From Eledone cirrhosa (lineage: Eukaryota): DNA of 64,000 bases. Positions 37,268-49,073 of this stretch are shown here, in pieces (positions within the stretch are counted from its first letter, which is position 1; each line of letters begins with the position of its first letter). The notes under the pieces are model-generated. The model was not told the DNA's origin. It saw only the letters and a list, made by a program, of their open reading frames with translations, and did not search any database. A program made the position numbers and the translations under genes. The stretch spans positions 3,658,001 to 3,722,000 of the forward strand of contig OZ024764.1 of assembly GCA_964016885.1 (NCBI GenBank). The letters run 5' to 3'.

Positions 37268-39632
37268 TTCTATATGCTGATGATCTGGTCCTTAGAGCTG
37301 AATCCATAAAAGAACTAGAGAATAAGTTCCAGCTATGGAAACAGAATTTGGATCAAAAGGTCTGAGAGTAAACTTAGCTGAAACTAAAGTGTTAGTGAGT
37401 AGGAAAGAAGATAGGACCCTGATTCCCTCACGAAAGTGGCCCTACTCAATCTGTAAAAAGGGAGTAGGTATAAACTCCATACGATGTACACAATGTATAT
37501 CTTGGATACACAAGGGATGTATAAGATGCACAGGGGTAATCAACAAGAAGAGCGGCAGTGAAATAAACCTTTTCCAAATACATAAAGGATCCATAGAAGT
37601 GATTGATAGCTTCTGCTATCTGGGTGACCTAGTTAGCAGTGGAGGAGGGTGTTCTCAGATTATAATAGCTAAAATAAGGATAGGATAGAAGGTTAGAGAG
37701 CTACACCTACTGTTGGTAACAAAAAGGTTTCTCCCTATATACAAAAGGATAAATGTATGGCGTGTGTGTGAAGTGTGATGCTACATGGTAGTGAAACATG
37801 GGCAGTGACTGCAGAGGATATGGTAATGAAACATGGGCTGTGACTGCAGAGGACATGTGGTTCTACATGATAGTGAAACCATGGGCTGTGACTACAGAAG
37901 ACATGTGGTGCTACATGGCAGTGACTGCAGAGTACATGGTAGTGAAACATGGGCAGTGACTGCAGAGGAAATGTGGTGCTACATGGCAGTGACTGCAGAG
38001 GACATGTGATGCTACATGGTAGTGAAAGATGGGCAGTGACTGCAGAGGACATGTGGTGCTACATGGTAGTGAAACATGGGCTGTGGCTGCAGAGGATATG
38101 TGGTGCTACATGGTAGTGAAATATGGGCAGTGACTGCAGAAGAAATGTGGTGTTACATGGTAGTGAAACATGGACTGTGATTGCAGAGGACATGTGGTGC
38201 TACATGGTAATGAAAGATGGGCAGTGACTGCAGAGGAAATATGGTGCTACATGGTAATGAAACAGGGGCAGTGACTGCAGAGGACATGTGGTGCTACATG
38301 GTGGTGAAAGATGGACAGTGACTGCAGAGGACATGTGGTGCTACATGGTGGTGAAAGATGGACAGTGACTGCAGAGGACATGTGGTGCTAGATGGTGGTG
38401 AAAGATGGACAGTGACTGCAGAGGACATGTGGTGCTACATGGTAGTGAAAGGTGGGCAGTGACTGCAGAGGAAATGTGGTGCTACATGTTGGTGAAACAT
38501 GGGCAGTAACTGCAGAGGACATGTGGTGCTACATGGTAGTGAAACATGGGCTGTGACTGCAGAGGACGTGTGGTGCTACATGGTAGTGAAACATGGGCAG
38601 TGACTGCAGAGGAAATGTGGTGCTACATGGTAGTGAAAGATGGGCAGTGACTGCAGAGGAAATGTGGTGCTACATGGTAGTGAAACATGGGCTGTGACTG
38701 CAGAGGACATGTGGTGCTAGATGGTAGTGAAACATGGGCTGTGACTGCAGAGGAAATGTGGTGCTACGTGGTGGTGAAACATGGGCAGTGACTGCAGAGG
38801 AAATGGGGTGCTACATGATAGTGAAACATGGGCTGTGACTGCAGAGGACATGTGGTGCTACATGGTGGTGAAACATGGGCAGTGACTGCAGAGGAAATGT
38901 GGTGCTACATGGTGGTGAAACATGGGCAGTGACTGCAGAGGAAATGGGGTGCTACATGATAGTGAAACATGGGCTGTGACTGCAGAGGACATGTGGTGCT
39001 ACATGGTGGTGAAACATGGGCAGTGACTGCAGAGGAAATGTGGTGCTACATGATAGTGAAACATGGGCTGTGACTGCAGAGGACATGTGGTGCTACATGG
39101 TAGTGAAACATGGGCTGTAACTGCAGAGGACGTGTGGTGCTACATGGTAGTGAAACATGGGCTGTGACTGCAGAGGACATGTGGTGCTACATGGTAGTGA
39201 AAGATGGGCAGTGACTGCAGAGGACATGTTAGAGAGAAGTGAAGCTACCATGCTCTGTTGGATGTGTAATGTAAGTGTGAGAGAAAGTCAGAACTTAGAT
39301 GAACTAAGGGAGAATCTGGGTTTAAGAGGGATCTGAGATGGTGTGTAGGAGAGGAGACTGTGTTGGTATGGTCATGTGATGTGCAAGGATGATGATGAAT
39401 GGGTGAAGAAGTGCCAGGAAATCCCAGGGGTAGGAAGCTGCAGTAGAGGTGGACCAAAGAAGACTTGGTCGGAGGGTGGTAAAAGCTGATCTCAAATCAT
39501 TCAGTCTCACAGAGAAGACAAAGGAACATGACAAAAGGAGAGATGCTGTCTTGAAATAGACCCATCCGATCAATCGATCATGGAAAAAACTACACATAAA
39601 AAGAACGACGATGATGATGATGATGATGATGA
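37268..39632 (+). mobile_element. Old RTE fragment split by an internal minisatellite
   Basis: LYADDL, GLRVNL, FCYLG; resumes with C-terminus and (GAT)n tail after 39230. Confidence 0.8.
37772..39228 (+). repeat. 47-bp minisatellite (about 30 copies) derived from RTE coding sequence
   Basis: Unit TGTGGTGCTACATGGTAGTGAAACATGGGCAGTGACTGCAGAGGACA corresponds to MLHGSETWAVTAEDM. Confidence 0.92.
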
Positions 39633-39693
39633 CTTAAAACTTCTCACTATCAGTTGCCCAGAAATACAGAGAATGACAAATTCCCTGGTTTAA

Positions 39694-40755
39694 CCCTTTA
39701 ATGTTCAAACCGGCCAGAATTCTCTCACCTCTTTCTGTTGAAACTAGCTGTAACTGGTCGCTCAAACTGATGTTAAGGTATTGTTCTCAAAATAAATACT
39801 TTCAAAATCTCATAGATTCGATATTATGTGAGGTAAAGCCTTTACTGTGAAAATACAATAGTTTATATAGAGTAATGTAAATGTTATGTGAGGTATTATG
39901 TGAGGTAAAGCCTTTACTGTGAAAATACAATAGTATATATAGAGTAATGTAAATGTTATGTAAGATATTATGTGAGGTAAAGCCTTTACTGTGACAATAA
40001 AATAGTATATATAGAGTAATGTAAATGTTATGTGAGATATTATGTGAGGTAAAGCCTTTACTGTGACAATACAATAGTATATATAGAGTAATGTAAATGT
40101 TATGTGAGATATTATGTGAGGTAAAGCCTTTACTGTGAAAATACAATAGTATATATAGAGTAATGTAAATGTTATGTGAGATATTATGTGAGGTAAAGCC
40201 TTTACTGTGAAAATACAATAGTATATATAGAGTAATGTAAATGTTATGTGAGATATTATGTGAGGTAAAGCCTTTACTGTGAAAATACAATAGTATATAT
40301 AGAGTAATGTAAATGTTATGTAAGATATTATGTGAGGTAAAGCCTTTACCATGAAAATATAATAGTATATATAGAGTAATGTAAATGTTATGTGAGATAT
40401 TATGTGAGGTAAAGCCTTTACTGTGAAAATACAATAGTATATATAGAGTAATGTAAATGTTATGTGAGATATTATGTGAGGTAAAGCCTTTACTGTGAAA
40501 ATACAATAGTATATATAGAGTAATGTAAATGTTATGTGAGGTATTATGTGAGGTAAAGCCTTTACTGTGAAAATACAATAGTATATATAGAGTAATGTAA
40601 ATGTTATGTGAGGTATTATGTGAGGTAAAGCCTTTACTGTGAAAATACAATAGTATATATAGAGTAATGTAAATGTTATGTAAGATATTATGCAAGGTAA
40701 AGCCTTTACTGTGAAAATACAATAGTATATATAGAGTAATGTGAATGCTAAAGGG
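39694..40755 (-). mobile_element. piggyBac-type MITE with about 13 internal 72-bp repeats
   Basis: TTAA|CCCTTTA...TAAAGGG|TTAA; array 39820-40745. Confidence 0.87.
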
Positions 40756-40819
40756 TTAAACAGCCGAAAAGGTTGGCTTGAGAGTAAATGTATCAAAAAC
40801 TAACTACAGAAAGTATATA

Positions 40820-41368
40820 TACTGTAATGTGGTCGTGTTGGTGACACAACAAAAAGCACCCAGTCCACCCTGTAAAGTGGTCGTATTTGTGACTCAACAA
40901 AAAGCACCCAGTCCACACAGTAAAGTGGTTGTGTTGGTGTAACGACAAAAAGCACCCAGTCCACACTGTAAAGTGGTTGTGTTGGTGTAACGACAAAAAG
41001 CACCCAGTCCACACTGTAAAGTGGTCATGTTGGTGTCACGACAAAAAGCACCGTCTACACTGTAAAGTGGTCGTGTTGGTGACTCAACAAAAAGCACCCA
41101 GTCCACACTGTAAAGTGGTCGTGTTGGTGTCACGACAAAAAGCACCCAGTCTACACTGTAAAGTGGTCATGTAGGTGACACAACAAAAAGAAGCCAATCT
41201 ACCCTATAATGTGGTCGTGTTGGTGACAACAAAAAGAAGCCAATCCACCTTGTAATGTGGGTTGGTGACTCAACAAAAAGCACCCAGTCCACACTGTAAA
41301 GTGGTCGTGTTGGTGACAACAAAAAGCACCCAGTCCACAGTGTGGACTGGGTGCTTTTTGTTGAGTCA
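40820..41368 (+). repeat. About 48-bp tandem repeat (about 11 copies) of a SINE/RTE-UTR module, ending in a foldback
   Basis: Unit CACCCAGTCCACACTGTAAAGTGGTCGTGTTGGTGTCACGACAAAAAG; 23-bp perfect inverted repeat 41317-41363. Confidence 0.88.
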
Positions 41369-41384
41369 ATTTGAAAAATTTAGA

Positions 41385-41995
41385 AGAAGTTCAACACTTT
41401 ACCTATCTTGGTAGAGTTCTGGCAGCAGATGGCAGCACTGAAGTTGACATAACTGAAAGGTGAGCCCAAGGTACTGGAATATTTCAACAAACTACAATCA
41501 ATATGGTGATCGAAGAAGCTCACATTACAAACAAAATTAAGGTTGTTCTGGTCAGTTGTTATCTCAACAATAACATACACTGCAGAGACATGGAAGAGCA
41601 ACGCCAGAACTGAAAAAACAGCTTGATACTTTCCAACAAGGTTGTGGCCGAAAGATCCTGGCCATTAGATGGTTATGATCCTTATCACAAACGAATATGT
41701 GCTTTGAAGAGCCAATACCACACACCTGAGTCTTGTCGTGAAGAGTAGAAGAATGTAGCTGGCAGGTCATGTCCTATGACTGGGGGACAATGTATCAGCA
41801 AGAACTGCAATGTCATGGTTGCCAGCTGGTAGGAAAAGATCCAAGGGTAGACCAAAGAAAACCTCGAGATCCACCCTAAAAGACGACCACAGCAGGTGTG
41901 GCACAAACTGGTTTCAAGCACCAACCCTTGCTAGAGACAGATAAAGATGGAAGAACATAGTGACTCGTTGCTGTAAGGCTGGAGGAACCAGATGA
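41385..41995 (+). mobile_element. Highly decayed RTE-type LINE C-terminal fragment (distinct family)
   Basis: LTLQTKLRLFWSVVISTITYTAETW-like translation. Confidence 0.5.
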
Positions 41996-42002
41996 CTAAA
42001 TA

Positions 42003-42523
42003 TCTATATATCTAAAACAGAGAATGTCTGTCTGTCTGTCCCCCTAAAACTCAAGAACCACCCAACCGATTTTTTTCAAACTTTAGACATGTAATACTTA
42101 TGGTCGTGTGAGTGTGTTTTGAGCAAAAACTATTTCAAATTTTCAATGCCCTAGAGACCACATTAGGCGCCGGTTAGCAATCTCTCTCTCTTTCTTAGTC
42201 TGTCTTTTTAGATAGATACATAGCTATAACGTCGCGCCCTTATAATATCTGTCTGTATGTTTGGCTGTCTGCATTATGACATTATGAAAACATAAAACGC
42301 AGAAGTAAATATTTCGAAAAACGTTACAATCATGGGAAAACAGGAAGACAATACTTTGGTTCATGAAGACGTTCCCTGGCAATGAACGGAAAAAATCGAA
42401 GATAACACCTCAACAATGAGAACAATATTTACTCTAGGGTTCTTACATATTTGATATATATTTATCCTTATCGAGCCCTCTTTGGTTTGACTAACACTAT
42501 ATATATGTATATATTTATACACA

Positions 42524-42580
<57 letters not shown>

Positions 42581-42975
42581 GATAGCGAAGTCAATGTTTT
42601 CATAATGCAGATAGATACATAGCTATAATGTCGTGCCCCAGTTAAGACGGCACCCATGGCTCAGCAATTACATAGTCAACGGTTCGGAAATCACATGCAT
42701 CACTAACGAGTTTACTCCTTACTCTACCAGTTAGTCTTAGTGTACTTCATCCTGCTTTTAGGTCATGCCTCGAAGGAAGAGACACTCCATTGGCCGAAAT
42801 ACTGCGAAAGCGGCAAGAAAAAGAACATGGCGGGCAAACGAATCGTCAGTGGAATCTGCTATTCGACGGTCGCAAGGCCGAGGTATTCCATACTTCTCTG
42901 TACTGTTTCAGAAAGGAGGGATTAACATGCCAATCTATGTTTAGAATCCCGAACAACGCCGGGCCATTCTGCTAG
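42003..42975 (+). mobile_element. Non-autonomous Helitron-like element
   Basis: Starts TCTATATATCTAAAAC plus (TGTC)n; ends CCCGAACAACGCCGGG..CTAG. Confidence 0.7.
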
Positions 42976-43374
42976 TATATATATATAAACTAGACCACCC
43001 ATGACCCATTCGGTCATGTTCACTTCAAAATCTATTTTATAAATCATGTTCACTTGAAAATAATTTTTAAATAATTAAAATATACACAGACATGTATATA
43101 ATGTGAAATGAAACTGGAAGGCCCATATATATGTGTATGTATATATATTAGAGTGTGCCATAAAAATCAAGGTCACAATACTAACGCTCCCTGTGTATTT
43201 TCCCATTATAAATGCCCCAATTGGTAAAATAAAACATATTTTGTATAAAATAAATTATTTTGAGACTTACCTATATCATGGTGATTATAATGGAAAGCGT
43301 GATTATGTTGCATGAAATCATGAAAATGTGAAACCAAATATGACCATACAATAATTGTTTATTTTATTAATTCA

Positions 43375-43948
43375 CTAGCAGTGGTACCCGGCGTTGCATG
43401 GGATAAGGTGTGAAATATATAACCGCCTTAGCTAAGCTTAGTATTGCCACAACCACGGCTGGCAAAGAAGTAAGGGTCTGGTGGTACGTAAGTAAGCAAC
43501 ACTGTGGCTTAAAACGTGAGGAAGAAGTTGTGTGCACTTACCAACTGTTTGGGGAATGAGTGTGAGGTATATCTTGAACAAGGGTGGCAGAATAACCGGA
43601 GGCAGCAGACAGCCAGACATACAGACAGATATTATAAGGGCGTGTTTTGGACGCAGAACGAATTGTAGGAAGTGACGTAATGCAGACAGCTAGACATACA
43701 GACAGATATTATAAGGGCGCGACGTTATATGTATGTATCTATTTAAAAAGAGAAAGACTAAGAATTATATAGAGAGATCGTTAAATCGCCTAATGCGGTC
43801 CCTAGGGCATTGAAAATTTGAAATTCTTTTGCTCAGAACACTCCCTGAAACATAAGTATTGCCTGTGTAAAGTTTGGGTGCTTCTCTAGTTTTAGGGATT
43901 CATACTCACACACACACAGACAGACATCCTCAGTTTTATATATATAGA
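43375..43948 (-). mobile_element. Non-autonomous Helitron-like element
   Basis: Same termini as 35065-35973; another CTAG/hairpin end abuts at 43949. Confidence 0.75.
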
Positions 43949-44153
43949 CTAGCAGAATGGCCCGGCGTTGCTCAGGATTTGCTCTAGGGTTCTTATATAT
44001 TTGATATGTATTTATCCTTATCGAGCCTCGTGAAATAAATACGTTTGTTTGTATCGCACATAGAACAGAGCATTGAACATACACATCTGGCGCAACTTTT
44101 CCATTTTAGCTTGATCGTAATTGAGTCACTCACCAAATGCATACATCTTTGCA

Positions 44154-45040
44154 CTATAGATGATTATGATGTACACCAGGCAGCATCCAATAAATTCCAC
44201 GAGGAGGGGTGACACCAAGTAAGATCAACATCAACTCAGCACATTCTTGGTAGTCGTCTCGTGGAAGAAAACTCATTTTCCCATCATCGGATGTCAGCAA
44301 ATCTTGGAGGAACTTGATGTTCTCAGAACACAGACACTTGAGTCTCCGGTCGACAATGTTCAATGTTTTAAAGTTGGTCTTGTCCGTGAGTGACACCCAA
44401 TCTTTTTTTAACTACTTGAACTCTGGAGTGTCTGAACTGGACATTGTTCTGAATAGTTGTTGCCACACTGCACACAAGATACGCTCCATAACATGGTGCC
44501 GACAAGCAAAATAAAACACCTTTTTGTTGAGCATCTCTTCTAGTTTCACGCAGGCTCCATTTTTCCATCCAGAATTCGAAGCAGTTGTGTCGAAGACCAA
44601 GCCCACCCCACAGACCCATCAACATTCCAATCTTTAACAAGATCAAATGATGCTTTGGCTTGGGAGGTTCCAGTGCTATCATGGGAACACTGAGGAGTTT
44701 ACCTTCTCTGAAGTCCGGAGTTCCAGCAACTAGCACACCTAGCCTCTCGTGGTCACCAGGAATTATTTTGCCATCCCAATGCAAGGTAACAAATTGGTAC
44801 AGCAAATTGTTCCTTTATGTGTTCATCCCCCACAGTTCTGATCTTCTTAGCTGCACGTCTGCTACTATTCTTGGAGAGAGTTGTGGCGTCTATGTCAGTC
44901 CCACCCTGAAAAACATAAACTGGGTCCCCCTGCACCAATCCATAACACTCCACTGGGTAGGCTGCGCAAATAAACATCTGTACACCAACTATGCATCTCA
45001 GACTCTGCCTGAATTGACAATAGTAAAGTAGCACCCACAA
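44154..45040 (-). pseudogene. hAT-superfamily (hATm-like) DDE transposase relic
   Basis: TLHWDGK, GLVFDTTASNSG, FACRHH (CxxH), RDDYQE, PGVHH across several frames; subfamily name is from memory. Confidence 0.7.
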
Positions 45041-45550
45041 ATTAGTAATGGAAAACCACCATCATGTGAACGGGTAATAGGCCCTTTGGGGACAATTATT
45101 CAAACACCGTCCAGAGTTACTCCCCTTGCTCTGTGTCAATAACAACGTGCATGTTTGAAACTAAGAATGAACTTTGATGTATGTATCACTTTAAAACCTC
45201 TTCTGGGTCCCGTACTGAACACTCTGTAGTTTTCTATGCCGTTGAGAAGCCCTTTTCGGGTGAAACGTACGTAGGAGCTTTTATATAAACATGTTCTGAC
45301 AGTATATATTCTCCTTTGTAATCCTTTCATTGGTAACCGCTCTGCTTATCTTTTCGCCCGCTAAATATTAACGCTTCCGATATTTAACCCTGTAGGCACA
45401 AGTATTGAGCACAAATGCACAACCTTTTGGCAACTAACTATATGTATCGCTTATCCCTTTAAACCTCTCCTTCTCTCTCACGATACTTAAATATTCTAGA
45501 TATATATATAAGTTTAGGAATAACCAAAGAGTGCTTAGAAATACGTTGTT

Positions 45551-45607
45551 TTATTAGCTAACAGTGTTTCATCCATACCCTATGGCAGGAATCATCAGAG
45601 CTTATAA
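45551..45607 (-). ncRNA. Minimal hammerhead motif
   Basis: Minus strand: TAAGCT CTGATGA TTCC..GGAT GAAAC ACT GTT AGCTAA. Confidence 0.65.
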
Positions 45608-45984
45608 ACAAAAGTATATCAAAGGTTGCAGGCTCCATGGAGCTCAGTCACCAGAACAAGAATAAAGGACAAGTAGGGGGGTCCCAAGGCCAGCGCTATA
45701 TGGAAAAACACACAAAACATGACGCATACAATGTCATAAAAAAATACATGTTTATCACATAAATGGTGCAATAGACGGTAAGGAGGTTCAGAGAGGATAC
45801 CAAGAAATGAGTGAGGGTGTTACTCAGCATGATCAAAGAACAACAAAAAAAAACACGGCTCTGTAGTATACTAGTTATCGTACATTGAGTTAAAACCACA
45901 CTGCCATACCAAGGGCAATATATCTGCGTGTCTGTGCACATTAATATACTTATCAACGAAACTATATATATATATATATATATG

Positions 45985-46335
45985 TGGAGGCACATGGCTT
46001 AGTGGTTAGAGCATTGGCCTTGCAATCGATAGGTTGTGAGTTCAATTCTCAGACCGGGTGATGTATTGTTTCCTTGAGCAAGACACTTTATTTCACATTG
46101 CTCCAGTTTACTCAGCTGTAGAAATAAGATGATAAGGACTGGGGTCCATATCATTCCACTGCAAAGTGGTCGTGTAGGTGCCACAGCAAAAAAAGCACCC
46201 AGCACTCACTGTAAATGAGGTTGGTGTTAGGAAGGGCATCCAGCTGTAGAAATCAAGCCAGAATCAGTTCCCGTCCCACCCTTGCAAGCAGGGAAAAGCG
46301 GACGTAAAATGAAATGATGATGAAATGATGATGAT
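45985..46335 (+). mobile_element. SINE family A, full length
   Basis: tRNA-like head, core and RTE tail; inserted in (TA)n. Confidence 0.9.
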
Positions 46336-46423
46336 ATATATATATATAAATATATACATGCAGCCTCACTTTCATTTATCCTAAATTCTGTTTTCGAATC
46401 CATATTAAATAAATATTTCATAG

Positions 46424-46490
46424 TATTCTTTCTGATGAATGAAGACAGATATAAATATCTGTCTTCACGAAACCTCTGGTAAATGGAATA
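46424..46490 (+). ncRNA. Minimal hammerhead motif with 13-bp stem II
   Basis: TATTCTTT CTGATGA A-TGAAGACAGATAT-AA-ATATCTGTCTTCA-C GAAAC CTCTG GTA AATGGAATA. Confidence 0.72.
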
Positions 46491-46521
46491 ATTATCTTAT
46501 GTCGTTTATTACATAACTATA

Positions 46522-46563
<42 letters not shown>

Positions 46564-46656
46564 CATATGTGCAAAAGTTCTATTTAAAATTGTTGGAATA
46601 CAACAAGTAAATATTTTTATAACTGATATAAAGCACTCAACAAGTATTTGGAGTAG

Positions 46657-47166
46657 ATATACGATATTAATAAATGGAAATTATATTTATAAAACCATAT
46701 TTATTTCATTATACATATTTCAGGGATACCAAATTAAATTATGGTATGCCTTCATCAGACAAAATACAATATATAACAGCTTTACAAATAAGCTTTGACG
46801 TACCCTATTAAAATGCAACCATTGTTTTTGGAAGCCATCCGGATAGTGATTTGTTTATATTATTTTAATAAGTCTTAGTGTTAAGGACAATTAGAAAAAG
46901 ACGTCTTTTTCTTTCTCTCCATCTTTTTCTAATTGTCCTTAACACTATGACTTATTAAAGTAATATAAACAAATCACTATCCGGATGGCTTCCAAAAACA
47001 ATGGTTGCATTTTAATAGGGTACGTCAAAGCTTATTTGTAAAACTGTTATATATTGTATTTTGTCTGATGAAGGCATACCATAATTTAATTTGGTATCCC
47101 TGAAATATGTATAATGAAATAAATATGGTTTTATAAATATAATTTCCATTTATTAATATCGTATAT
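46657..47166. repeat. About 510-bp palindrome, one hammerhead motif per arm
   Basis: 46657-46901 mirrors 46922-47166 with only a few mismatches. Confidence 0.92.
47057..47121 (+). ncRNA. Minimal hammerhead motif (mirror copy about 46702-46766 on minus)
   Basis: TATTTTGT CTGATGA AGGCATACCA..TGGTATCCCT GAAAT ATGT ATA ATGAAATA. Confidence 0.75.
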
Positions 47167-47256
47167 ATACATATATATATATATATGTACATATATATAT
47201 ATATATATATACACATATATATACATATATATATACACATATACACATATATATAC

Positions 47257-47309
<53 letters not shown>

Positions 47310-47404
47310 CACATATATATACATATATATATACATATATATATATATATACATATATATACATATATATACATATATATATATATACATATATATACAT
47401 ATGT

Positions 47405-47566
<162 letters not shown>

Positions 47567-47611
47567 TAAATAAATAACAAAGAACGCTTATAGCATATGC
47601 ATATCTTTACT

Positions 47612-47657
47612 TGCTAACATTGTTTCATCCACACTATAAGTGGGACTCATCAGAGCA
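47612..47657 (-). ncRNA. Minimal hammerhead motif
   Basis: Minus strand: TGCT CTGATGA GTCCCACT-TAT-AGTGTGGAT GAAAC AAT GTT AGCA. Confidence 0.75.
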
Positions 47658-48367
47658 TAAAGGTTAAATTACATACCATACAAGCAATAACAAATCCAAG
47701 ACATTGAAGAATGAAAGGTAATAATAGACGATAGAGGATAAGAATAAAAAGTAAATAAAAATAAAAGTGAAAATAAAAATAAAAATAAAAATAAAAATAA
47801 AAATAAAAATAAGGGGTGCTATCTGTCACAGTTGGGCGGTGTGCTGTCAACATATAGTTACATACAAGCATACACATGGATAAGAGAACAGACAAGAGTA
47901 GACACATGGATAAGAGAACAGACAAGAGTAGATAAGATAATGGGATTAGGTAAGAGTAGGTAAAAAATAGGTAAAAAATAGGTAAAAAACAGACTTATAA
48001 TATATATAAAAAGAAATACAAAGAAATACATAACAAACTTACATATAAAATATAAAATATAGGGTAAGGAATGAGATAAAATAATATACAATTAAAAATT
48101 AAAAATTATATACATAGAACATAATATAGTATAATCGTAAAATAAGATAAAATAAGGTAAACTAAAATCAAATAACATAGACTAAATTAAAATTAAAATC
48201 AAATGTGTAATTATAATTATATGTATAATTAAATGTAATTAAATGTAATTAAATAAATAAAGAAAGAAAGAAATAAATAAATAAAAATTAAAAATTAAAA
48301 ATTAAATAAATAAATAAAATTAAAATTTAAATTTTAAAATTTTAAAATTAAAATCTAAATTTAAATA

Positions 48368-48402
<35 letters not shown>

Positions 48403-48702
48403 ATGGAGTCAAGTAAGTAAATAAATAAAATTAGATAACATGAAATGAAATAAAATAAAATGAAATAAAGTAAATTGAGATAAGATATATATTTTTTTAG
48501 ATTGAGTGTTATATTGAGTGTTATATTGAGTGTTATATTTTTTTAGATTGAGTGGATAAGTGGAGTGTTATACACCCCTGATCCTTTCCCTAGCATAATA
48601 TATATATATACATATATATATACATATATATATATACATATATATATACATATATATATATATACATATATATATAGATATATAGATATATCTATATATA
48701 TA

Positions 48703-49041
48703 TGGAGGCACATGGCTTAGTGGTTAGAGCATTGGCCTTGCAATCGAAAGGTTGTGAGTTCAATTCTCAGACCAAGTGATGTGTTGTTTCCTTGAGCAAG
48801 ACACTTTATTTCATATTGCTCCAGTTTACTCAGCTGTAGAAATGAGATGATAGAGATCCCTATCATTCCACTGCAAAGAGGTCGTTGAGGTGCCACGGCA
48901 AAAAAAGCACCCAGCACTCACTGTAAATGAGGTTGGTGTTCGGAAGGGCATCCAGCTGTAGAAATCAAGCCCAAATCAGTTCCCGTCCCACCCTTGCAAG
49001 CAGGGAAAAAGCGGACGTAAAATGAAATGATGATGATGATG

Positions 49042-49043
<2 letters not shown>
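48703..49043 (+). mobile_element. SINE family A, full length
   Basis: Same structure as 45985-46335. Confidence 0.9.
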
Positions 49044-49072
<29 letters not shown>

Positions 49073-49073
49073 G

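Noticed and set aside
39802-40796. 306/328-aa ORFs with 24-aa repeats (also 28722 and 62166-63796)
   Set aside because: The 72-bp unit is divisible by 3 and open in two frames; it lies within a MITE
45985-46060. SINE A heads as genuine tRNA genes
   Set aside because: No acceptor stem; always continue into SINE body
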